Below are positions 8,429 to 16,056 of a DNA stretch of 18,599 bases, one piece after another. The DNA is from Planctomycetota bacterium (GTDB lineage Bacteria > Planctomycetota > Planctomycetia > Pirellulales > Lacipirellulaceae). The notes beneath the pieces were generated by a model. That model was not told the origin of the DNA. It did no database searches and saw only the letters and a list, made by a program, of their open reading frames with translations. Within the stretch, counting starts at the first letter, position 1. Each line of letters starts with the position of its first letter. The stretch lies in assembly GCA_039190745.1 (NCBI GenBank), contig JBCCXZ010000066.1, positions 1 through 18,599 on the forward strand, in the 5' to 3' direction. Both the position numbers and the translations under genes were made by a program.

Positions 8429-8639
8429 AAAGAAGAAGGGCACCACCGCGGTTAGCCCAGCAGTGCGAAGAAGAGCCGACCGAAGGTCCGTGTACGCGGA
8501 CAAAGATGCAGATGTTCCCCCATAACCGCCGGGTGGCACGGACTGTCGGCCGCAGCCGAGCCTCAGAGCAAGCACGCCCACCCGGCCGATTGTCCGTGTG
8601 CGCAGCACAAGAGGCAAACCGCCCTCCAACTACCGGTGC

Positions 8640-9064
8640 CATGCCCACGCCCGTGTGAGGGGATCCGGGAATTCATCCTGCAAGCCATGCCCCGAAAGTA
8701 GCCCCGGAGGGGCGATAGCGTGTAGCCCGGGGCATGGCTGCCGCAGGCAGTCGCAGCCCCGGGTTGAAGTTCGCAAAGCACCGCGTCCGAGCGTCGGACG
8801 CCGCTGCAGACGGTGCTCTGCCGAGGACGCAACCAATCCGCGGACGGTTCCGGCCTCGATCAACCGCCGAGCGCAATCGAGGCAACCGCTCGGCCGCGGC
8901 ATAGAATCGACAACGAACCCGGGGCTGCGGCCCGGTTCGCTACGCTCACGAGGGCCTTGCCCCGGGCTACAAGCCTCAGCCCCCTCCGGGGCCGTTTGGA
9001 AACCAATTCGCCAAAGAGTTCGTAGCGTTGAATTCCCGGATCCCCTCACGCTCGCGTGGGCATG
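8640..9064. mobile_element. Nested inverted-repeat element (REPIN/MITE-like, non-autonomous)
   Basis: Outer IR 8640-8675 / 9029-9064 is 33/36 identical and includes the perfect 21-mer GTGAGGGGATCCGGGAATTCA. An inner inverted REP-like pair 8701-8765 / 8916-8992 shares GCCCCGGAGGGG..TGTAGCCCGGGGCA..CGCAGCCCCGGGTT. Confidence 0.75.
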
Positions 9065-9095
9065 CTCCCCCGAACGTGCCCCGACCCATCCGTGA

Positions 9096-9146
9096 CCCGA
9101 AGGGGCACAGCACTGTAGCCCAGGGTCAACCCGCCGCAGGCAGGCG
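9096..9146 (+). repeat. Third, truncated copy of the inner REP-like unit
   Basis: CCCGAAGGGGC..TGTAGCCCAGGG..GCCGCAGGCAG resembles the unit at 8701-8750 but lacks the closing arm. Confidence 0.55.
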
Positions 9147-9181
9147 TCAGCATGCAGCAAATGAACAGGGACCTAGAATAA

Positions 9182-9195
9182 TGAACATAAGTACA
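9182..9195. promoter_or_regulatory. LexA/SOS-box-like operator
   Basis: TGAAC-ATAA-GTACA is an imperfect palindrome one mismatch from GAAC-N4-GTTC, in the AT-rich promoter region of a Y-family polymerase gene. Confidence 0.6.
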
Positions 9196-9209
9196 TTACT
9201 CTAGTGGAG

Positions 9210-10415
9210 ATGATTGGACATGTCGACGCCGATTGTTTCTACGTCTCCGCCGAGCGGGTCCGCCACCGGCACCTCCGCGACTGGCCGGTCGGCGTGCTCG
9301 GGAACCACGGCGCATGCATCATCGCCAAGAGCTACGAAATGAAGGCGGCCGGAGTGACTACTGGCATGCCTATCTGGGAGGCCATTCCGATCTGCCCAGA
9401 TGGAGTCTACGTGAAACGCGACTTCCGCTGGTACGAGGTACTGAGTCGGAAGATGCTGGGTGTCGTGAAACTCGCCAGCTCGCGTGTTGAGTACTACTCG
9501 GTTGACGAGTCGTTCTTCACAGCCTCGGCCACAGCTGCTGTCGACGACGCCGCAGACCTGCAACGCGCTATTCTCAGCGATGTCGGCGTGCCGGTGAGCG
9601 TTGGCATTGCTCCCACCAAGACACTTGCCAAGTTGATCTCCGATTCAGTAAAGCCCTTCGGCTACGGGGCCGTCGTAACGCGGCGCGACCGCCAACGCCT
9701 CCTAGAAGGACTGCCCGTTACCGAGGTAACCGGCATTGCTCGTCGCTCAGCAGCCAAACTAGCGCAACACGGCATCACTACGTGTGAACAACTCGCCGCA
9801 GCTGACAGGGCATTCGTACGTTGGCTGCTCACAAAGACAGGCGAGGAACTCTGGTGGGAACTCAACGGCACGCCCGTGAAGCCGATAACGACAACACGGC
9901 CCGAGCACAAGTTCGTCAGCCGCGGCGGGTCGATCGGTCGCGCTTCGCGTGATCGCGGGCGCGTAACCGGTTTCGTTGTACGCAACACGGAACGGCTAAT
10001 CGAAGCCCTAGACCACTACGGTTTTGCCTGCGAGCAATTGACGTTGGAGTTGCTGTTCCGTAACGCGCCAGCCAGAGCGCAGCGTGTGAGCCTTCACGGA
10101 GGCCGATACGAACCAGAAGTGCTCCGACAAGCCGCTCTTTGGCTGCTGCCCAGGGTGTGGCGTCCGGACTCTGCCCAGGTCAACTATATGCATGTGATCG
10201 CGGGCCGATTAACTAGAAGAGGGCAGCGGCAGCGGAGCCTGTTTGAGGCTCCCGTTGCCAAGCTCTCGGCAGTGGCGGCCGTCCAGGCAGACATCAACAA
10301 ACTCATTGGCCGCTTCGCCCTCCGCAGCGGCTCAACACTACCTTTGACCGACGTGCATTCCGACCCGGCGAACAGCTACGATATCTGCGACATACACGGC
10401 AAGAGTTGCTTCTAG
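9210..10415 (+). CDS. Y-family translesion DNA polymerase, UmuC/DinB-like
   Basis: HVDADCFY, VGVLGNHGACIIAKSYEMK (compare UmuC VLSNNDGCVIAR), YSVDESF, VSVGIAPTKTLAKL, an HhH region (VTGIA), the clamp-binding motif QRSLF, and DINKLIGRFALR. Start is ATG 9210, or GTG 9204. Confidence 0.92.
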   Translation: MIGHVDADCFYVSAERVRHRHLRDWPVGVLGNHGACIIAKSYEMKAAGVTTGMPIWEAIPICPDGVYVKRDFRWYEVLSRKMLGVVKLASSRVEYYSVDESFFTASATAAVDDAADLQRAILSDVGVPVSVGIAPTKTLAKLISDSVKPFGYGAVVTRRDRQRLLEGLPVTEVTGIARRSAAKLAQHGITTCEQLAAADRAFVRWLLTKTGEELWWELNGTPVKPITTTRPEHKFVSRGGSIGRASRDRGRVTGFVVRNTERLIEALDHYGFACEQLTLELLFRNAPARAQRVSLHGGRYEPEVLRQAALWLLPRVWRPDSAQVNYMHVIAGRLTRRGQRQRSLFEAPVAKLSAVAAVQADINKLIGRFALRSGSTLPLTDVHSDPANSYDICDIHGKSCF

Positions 10416-10425
10416 CGAGGACACC

Positions 10426-10902
10426 ATGTGCAAAGGCATAAGCATCCTCAAGGCGCGTATACGCCAAGAGCTATTTGAAGAGTATGAGTTGGAGCGTCGA
10501 GTTTACGAACGCTCGCCCGGCTCCGAGTTGGAACTGCACTTCATGTACACGGACAAGCCGAGCGTCTGCCTGCCTGTCGAAATCGACGGCCAGCTTGTCA
10601 TCATGGAGTGGGGCAACCGCCAGAGCAGAGAGTCGAAGCTGCCGAGGACTGGGTGGTGCCGCAGCGACAGCCTAAAGGCCGGCAAATGGCGCTGGCTCCG
10701 TCCCGAGCCTTGCGTCGTGCCCGCCGACATGGGCCACGACAAGGGCGTCTGGTTCCCTATCAACGAGGGTATCCGAGGCATCATGGTCCGCGACGAACAG
10801 CAACAACCGCACGTCTACATGCTCACCGCCGACGCTAGTGTCTACTACCAAAACATGACCCGCCACGAACGGATGCCAGTGCTGGTGGATCAGGTGATCT
10901 AG
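10426..10902 (+). CDS. Short, divergent SRAP (SOS-response-associated peptidase, YedK/HMCES-like) protein
   Basis: Cys2, MEWG, CRSDSL (for NARxE), CVVPADMGHD (for CLVPADGFYE), MLTADA and HERMPVLV (for HDRMPVIL), in the canonical order. GAGGA RBS in the 10-nt gap after the polymerase stop. Confidence 0.75.
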   Translation: MCKGISILKARIRQELFEEYELERRVYERSPGSELELHFMYTDKPSVCLPVEIDGQLVIMEWGNRQSRESKLPRTGWCRSDSLKAGKWRWLRPEPCVVPADMGHDKGVWFPINEGIRGIMVRDEQQQPHVYMLTADASVYYQNMTRHERMPVLVDQVI

Positions 10903-11142
10903 CCGGAAGTATATCTACTCGCTCTCGGATGCACCTGCTGGCTCCAGACATACTCGGAGACTGCCCCCGGATCGGACGTATTGTGAGTATCCAATCAAAC
11001 GCTGCCCACAACCCGGGTTTCTTGTAGAAATCAGCCACGTGATCGGATATACACTAATTCTCGATGATCGCTTATCGATAACCTATCCGAACCACCTCAA
11101 CAGCATATCGGTTTTGACCTCAAACACCCCCCAACCCGCCCG

Positions 11143-11390
11143 CAGAACCCCGCCGGGTTCTGTCCACCCCAGCAGCCGCCCGACCCGAGAAAAACAGACC
11201 CCCAACCCACGCCGACCGCGACCAAACCCAACCACTTCTGCAAAGCCCCCAAGCACAAAACCCGCCCCGGTTTCGTCACGCCTCAAATAGCCGCGACCCT
11301 ACGGGTCGCTGGCCAACCCGCACCCCGACCCGCCAAAAGAAAGGCCCTTCTGTCCACGCCACGCGTGGAGGCCCGATTGGGGACAGAACC
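11143..11390. repeat. Cluster of REP-like hairpins
   Basis: CAGAACCC-cgcc-GGGTTCTG-TCCAC (11143-11167), GCGACCC-tac-GGGTCGC (11293-11309) and TTCTGTCC...GGACAGAA (11348-11388). TTCTGTCCAC recurs in the first and third. Confidence 0.5.
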
Positions 11391-11419
11391 CCAAGGAAGA
11401 AAACCCCGAAGAGATCACC

Positions 11420-11923
11420 CTAAGCCGGCGCCTCGACCTCCACCGGGTCCAGGCTCTCGGAGTACTGCTCCAGCGCCTGCGGCGGGTCGAGGTTCAGCAC
11501 CGCCCGGCCGTCGGTCGTCCAGCCCTCGCCCCGGAACACAAACACCGCCGTCCCCACACGCAGGTTCCCCACCGCCTCCACGTCCTCCATCCCCCCGCCC
11601 GGGATCGCCTCAAACCCGATCGTCACCCCCACCAGGGCAAAGAAGTTCCCCGTCGCCGGCTCCAGGGCGTAGGTCTCCCCCGGGTGCAGGTCGCAGCGGA
11701 CCCACTTGAGCCCCCGCGGCTTGCCCGTCGCGTCCGCCGCCGCCCGGAACGCCTCGCCCAACCCCGGCCGCTGTTCAGCAAACCGCAGCACCGCCAACTG
11801 GCGACGCGCAGAAGCCTGAGCCCGCAGCCCCCGACGCCAAACCACGCCCGCCACCGCGGCCAACGCCGCTCCCGCCAAGGCTGTCAGAATCCAGTTCAAC
11901 CGGCCGCCGCTGTTCGAAACCAA
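11420..11923 (-). CDS. Hypothetical protein with an N-terminal membrane anchor
   Basis: 167-aa ORF with one TM segment (WILTALAGAALAAVAGVVW) and a globular-looking region (GKPRGLKWVRC...FEAIPGGGMEDVEAVGNLR...GRAVLNL). Co-oriented with the upstream genes; TTG start uncertain. Confidence 0.75.
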   Translation of the reverse strand: MVSNSGGRLNWILTALAGAALAAVAGVVWRRGLRAQASARRQLAVLRFAEQRPGLGEAFRAAADATGKPRGLKWVRCDLHPGETYALEPATGNFFALVGVTIGFEAIPGGGMEDVEAVGNLRVGTAVFVFRGEGWTTDGRAVLNLDPPQALEQYSESLDPVEVEAPA

Positions 11924-11985
11924 GAAATCCCGCGGCCGCTCCGTTTCCAGAGCGCCGCGGAGGGCAACCGGTAGGATAGCGGGTC

Positions 11986-13458
11986 TCAGACCTGGGACTC
12001 AACGTCCGGCACCGCAAACGGCGCCCGGTACTCCCGCGTCCGCAGCCGGCTCGCTTCGTCGTTGCCGACGAAGGTCTCGTTCTCCGGGTCCAACCGCAGC
12101 TGGGCCCCGGAAGTCAACGCGGCCTCGCCATCGACGTCGACCCCGTTCGCCCGCAGGTGCCCCGCCATCCGCTCCAGCGACCCAGAGAACAAGGCTTCGC
12201 CGACGCACCGTTCCGCAATCTCGCCCATCCGGGCCTGCTCGCCGAGCGTGTGCGAGATGCCGCCCAGATGGCAGATCGAGCTGGAAAGGTGCCCTTCGCG
12301 GATCGGCCCGTTCAGCAGCGAGTCATCCCCAGCTTCGACGGCCGTGAGCCAATTCGCGAAGTGATCTCCGCCGCCCTTCCAACGCTGGACTTGGTTGCCA
12401 TCGGCGTCGAACGCGATGGCCTCGACATAACTGGGGATCAGGACATGCCCCCGCTCGCACTGCACGAGCACGCCGATGCCCGAGCCACGGAAGCGGTCCA
12501 TGTTGCGTTCCCAGGCGTCCTTGCTCTCGTGGAACGCCGCCGACCGCGGCAAGCCGCGGGTCTCGAAGATCAACGGCGCCCGCTCGTAGCCGAACAGAAC
12601 CGTCTGCGTGTTGGGCGTGTCGCCCGCGTCGTCGTAACCAAGCCTGCCGCCGACGCTCAACACCGACGGCGGGAGGGAATCCTCACCCAAGAACCACCGG
12701 GCGATGTCCACCTGGTGGATGCCCTGGTTACCCATATCGCCGTTGCCGGTGTTCGAGTCCCAGTGCCAATCATAGTGCAGCTGCGGGCGGAAAAGGTCGC
12801 GCTTCTCCGCTGGGCCGCACCAGAGGTCGTAGTCGACCCCCTCGGGGATGGTGAGCGGCTCGCTGAGGTTGCCGATCGGCCGCCGCGGCTTGTAGCAGGT
12901 TCCGATCGCGTACTGGATCTTACCGAGCCCGCCGCCTTGAACAAACTCTACCGCAGCCTGCAGGCTGGGGCTGCTCCGCGACTGCGTGCCGCACTGCATC
13001 ACCACGCCGTGCTTCTTTGCGGCGGCAACCATCTGCCGGCCTTCCCAGATGTTGTGCGAAACCGGCTTCTCCACGTAGACGTGCTTGCCCGCCTGGGCGG
13101 CTGCCACGGCGATCAACGAGTGGGTGTGATTCGGCGTGGCGATCGCGACGCCATCCAGGTCGTCCCTCTCCAGCAGTCGACGGTAGTCGGTGTAGACATC
13201 GATCTTCCGACCGGTCTCACCCCCAAGCTTCTCGGCGCTAGGCTTCAGGATCCGCTCGTCAACATCGCAGAGCGCAACGACGTTTCGTTTCAAACCATCA
13301 ATGTGATTCCGCCCCCGCGCGCGGAAACCAATCACCGCCACGCGGATGTCGGTAGCCGGCTTGGCGAATCCCGCCCCAGCGGCGATCGACGCTGCGGCCA
13401 TGGCCGAAGACGACGCAATGAAACCCCTTCGTGACAAAGCAAACTGCCGTGCGTCCAT
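11986..13458 (-). CDS. Gfo/Idh/MocA family oxidoreductase with Tat signal
   Basis: Twin-arginine SRRGFI, VAVIG.R.RG, IATPNHTH, HVYVEKP, GTQSRS, DYDLWCGPA and GNQGIHQVD. ATG 13458 has a GAGGGA RBS. Confidence 0.93.
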   Translation of the reverse strand: MDARQFALSRRGFIASSSAMAAASIAAGAGFAKPATDIRVAVIGFRARGRNHIDGLKRNVVALCDVDERILKPSAEKLGGETGRKIDVYTDYRRLLERDDLDGVAIATPNHTHSLIAVAAAQAGKHVYVEKPVSHNIWEGRQMVAAAKKHGVVMQCGTQSRSSPSLQAAVEFVQGGGLGKIQYAIGTCYKPRRPIGNLSEPLTIPEGVDYDLWCGPAEKRDLFRPQLHYDWHWDSNTGNGDMGNQGIHQVDIARWFLGEDSLPPSVLSVGGRLGYDDAGDTPNTQTVLFGYERAPLIFETRGLPRSAAFHESKDAWERNMDRFRGSGIGVLVQCERGHVLIPSYVEAIAFDADGNQVQRWKGGGDHFANWLTAVEAGDDSLLNGPIREGHLSSSICHLGGISHTLGEQARMGEIAERCVGEALFSGSLERMAGHLRANGVDVDGEAALTSGAQLRLDPENETFVGNDEASRLRTREYRAPFAVPDVESQV

Positions 13459-13579
13459 CTTGTTATCCCTCAAAGCCCAGAACAGTAACGTACGTCAAAC
13501 CTGCCGCACGCCGCGGATGGGAATCGTCGTGCATCTCAACTGATCAACCGAATCGCCGCGACCGAAAGTCGGCTACATC

Positions 13580-14284
13580 TCACTGCGATGGCTCTGCCAG
13601 CAATCCACGCAATACAAAGTTGTCAAACTGCCCGCGGTCATCAAACGTGCCTAAACCCACCCGCCCCTCCAGAAACCTCTTGTCTTTCGTCTCAAGCAGC
13701 GGGGCGGCGGTGTCGTCAAACCACACACTCATTCTACCGGCTTGGGTTTCCCGCACAACTTTCACGCGGTGCCAACCGTTGGTCCACGGCGTCCCCCCGC
13801 CGGTCTGTTGTGTAAGCGCCCTCCGGTCCGCCCCGTCCACGATAAAGATCTGGCAAGAGTGCGGGTCCGGCACGGCTCCCAAATGGACGTAGTAAAAGTG
13901 GGCGGGGTCCTGGAAGCCCCAGAAGACGCACAGGTCGCGGTGAGGGCCGGCCTCCGGGGCAAGGTTCCGAACGTCGACGGTGAGAGAAAAATCGCGGACC
14001 GCCGGTTCACGGAGGATCGCCACGCTGTGCGGGCTCCGGTGGGGAGGTTGGTAGTCGCTCTTGCCCGCGACGCTCAACACCTGATTCTCATCGCCGCCCT
14101 CGTTAAGGTGCTCAACCCGCCAAAACGGGTTGGACAGCGGGTCCGGGTCCATCGTCTCCCAACGCCCCATACCGCCGTCGAAGCCTTCTTCGATCAACAC
14201 CGGCCACCGCGGGAGATCGTCAGCCAACAAAACAGAGGGGAACGCAATACCAATCACCAGCAACGCCATCAGCAAACTCTTCAC
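13580..14284 (-). CDS. Secreted beta-sandwich protein (ConA-like, DUF1080/3-keto-disaccharide hydrolase-like)
   Basis: GTG 14284 with a GGAGG RBS, a signal peptide, and the motifs DFSLTVDV, FYYVHLG, WHRVKVVR, GRVGLGTFDD and FDNFVL. Confidence 0.7.
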   Translation of the reverse strand: MKSLLMALLVIGIAFPSVLLADDLPRWPVLIEEGFDGGMGRWETMDPDPLSNPFWRVEHLNEGGDENQVLSVAGKSDYQPPHRSPHSVAILREPAVRDFSLTVDVRNLAPEAGPHRDLCVFWGFQDPAHFYYVHLGAVPDPHSCQIFIVDGADRRALTQQTGGGTPWTNGWHRVKVVRETQAGRMSVWFDDTAAPLLETKDKRFLEGRVGLGTFDDRGQFDNFVLRGLLAEPSQ

Positions 14285-14384
14285 GGCCTGAGCCCTCCGC
14301 GTTAGGACAATTCTTGTAACTATCGTCCTGTTCGGGCGCTGTGTTCGCAAGCCGACGGCGTCGGAATCGAGGGGCCCGCGACGG

Positions 14385-15893
14385 CTAATCGGCGATCCGG
14401 AACCGCACCGACGATTGCCCAATTTTGTGGCTGAGGTGATCGGAAATCACGAGCCTCAGCTCGTACTCGCCGGGGTAGATGCGTGTCGGCAGGGGTACGC
14501 TGTACTGCAAATGGAAGTCACGGCGGCGGTTCTCGCACCGGTCGTCCACGTCGGGGAACTGCCCCCCGTCAACCCGCCGACCCGAGTCGTCGAGCACCTC
14601 GTAACTCGTGCCCAGCGACGTCTGATAGCCGTCCTCGGTCGACTCGCTCCGGAAGTTGATCAACTCCGCGTAGAGCGTTACCTGATCGCCCGGCTTGTAA
14701 TGCTCCCGAGTGTCGAGAACATAGTCACCGTATCCGCCAACTGACTCTACGATGCTTAAATTATGAACCTGCATCGTCGCCAGGTCGGAGAGCTTGTCGC
14801 GGGCGTCATCCAAATGGGTCAGCGTTGCTGAGGAACGTTGCTTCGCGTGAGGCACCGCATCGTCATCAAGGAACGTACGCAAGGCGTAGAGCTGGCTTGA
14901 CCAGTAGTCCTGCTGTGCCGGGGTCGCCCCCGGGATCGGGCGGAACGCTTCCGACTCACGGCCGGCCGCGAGCTGCAACAGCCGCACGCGAAGGTAACTG
15001 TTCACCTCGCCGGCACTGCTGGGCTGCGCCGGCAGACTCGACTCGATCTGCTTGATCGCTTCATCGAGCAGCTCCGCGGGAACCCTAGTCGAGGCCTCAG
15101 TCGGCAGACCGACGTTCCCTGCGTAAGAAACGGGTTGAACAGGCGGTCGCGTGATGCCCTCTTGCTGTGGGCGACCAAGGTTGGCGCCCACGGCGGGCTT
15201 CCGCGCGCCGTAGGGCTCGGCGTTGTCTTCTCGGAAAGCCACCGCCCCAAAGTCTTCGGCACGCATCGGGTTCCCAACCGCCACGCCGTGGCCATCCTCA
15301 AGTGATCGCGTCCGCTCTGATTGGGCCTGGGGCGAACCCGCGTCCGTCGCTTCCTGCTCCGGCACTCGGTCGCCCGGAGACTCCGGGCGTACCGGCTCAC
15401 CTACGGGGACTGAATCCGAGGATGGAGATGATCGCTGGATTTCGGGAGTGGCTTCCGGTGGATTCGACAACCGGGACGCTGTGGTCTGCTTGGGGCGGCT
15501 CGCCAACATCGGCTCCCGATCCGAACGCTCGGTCTCACGCTCGGCCAATTGCTTGCGGTAAGCGACGGCCGCTTGGAACTGCCGCACAATCAGCGGGTAA
15601 AGTGACGGGTCTGCTCCCTCCAGTTCGGCCCGCAACTGCTGCTCGCCGGCCGCGTCGATTTCCCCCATCGAACGCAACTCTGCCAGGGTCTCGTCCAGCG
15701 TGCCGGGCGTTTCAGCTTCGGCGGGTTCGGAGGCGCTAACCGTGCTCACGTCGGGCGCCTGGTGGGGGCGTGCATCGGCAACCGCTTGCTCCGACGCCGG
15801 TTCTTCAAGCGAGGCGTGGCCGCTTCCGCCGGGGAGCTTGCAACCTGAAAGCACAACTGCCAACAGGACTGCTGCGTGCGACGCTCGGTACAT
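14385..15893 (-). CDS. Hypothetical lipoprotein with a long low-complexity linker and a C-terminal beta-rich (Ig-like) domain
   Basis: MYRASHAAVLLAVVLSGC lipobox from ATG 15893, a P/S/E-rich middle, and a C-terminus with YKPGDQVTLYAEL.NF...YPGEYELRLVISD. Confidence 0.75.
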   Translation of the reverse strand: MYRASHAAVLLAVVLSGCKLPGGSGHASLEEPASEQAVADARPHQAPDVSTVSASEPAEAETPGTLDETLAELRSMGEIDAAGEQQLRAELEGADPSLYPLIVRQFQAAVAYRKQLAERETERSDREPMLASRPKQTTASRLSNPPEATPEIQRSSPSSDSVPVGEPVRPESPGDRVPEQEATDAGSPQAQSERTRSLEDGHGVAVGNPMRAEDFGAVAFREDNAEPYGARKPAVGANLGRPQQEGITRPPVQPVSYAGNVGLPTEASTRVPAELLDEAIKQIESSLPAQPSSAGEVNSYLRVRLLQLAAGRESEAFRPIPGATPAQQDYWSSQLYALRTFLDDDAVPHAKQRSSATLTHLDDARDKLSDLATMQVHNLSIVESVGGYGDYVLDTREHYKPGDQVTLYAELINFRSESTEDGYQTSLGTSYEVLDDSGRRVDGGQFPDVDDRCENRRRDFHLQYSVPLPTRIYPGEYELRLVISDHLSHKIGQSSVRFRIAD

Positions 15894-16056
15894 AATGCCG
15901 ATAAGACCGACGGAATGGTGAAACCGGAAAAGGAGCATCGCATCACCCCAACGTACGCAAAGGCAACCCGCGGGCGAGTCGCCCGCACTCGGGCGGCGGA
16001 GCGTAGGAGAACAACCGGGAAGATGCAATCGCACTCGTGCTATCAAGGCAGCCGTG

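Noticed and set aside
8380..9150. CRISPR array
   Set aside because: The repeats are inverted and irregularly spaced rather than direct repeats with uniform spacers, and there are no cas genes.
8598..9160. Opposite-strand ORFs sharing HAHA[RS]VRGSGNS
   Set aside because: The shared peptide follows directly from the DNA inverted repeat and is not evidence of coding.
9210..10415. ImuB (inactive Y-family) assignment, or a dinB/umuC gene symbol
   Set aside because: The catalytic acidic residues are intact, so it is not ImuB; the subfamily cannot be fixed without a phylogeny.
12157..13434. 425-aa plus-strand ORF
   Set aside because: It is antisense to the clear Gfo/Idh/MocA gene.
16023..16042. 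Sigma54-like TAGCAC...TTGCA upstream of the lipoprotein gene
   Set aside because: It lacks the invariant GG, and the spacer is 8 nt instead of 5.
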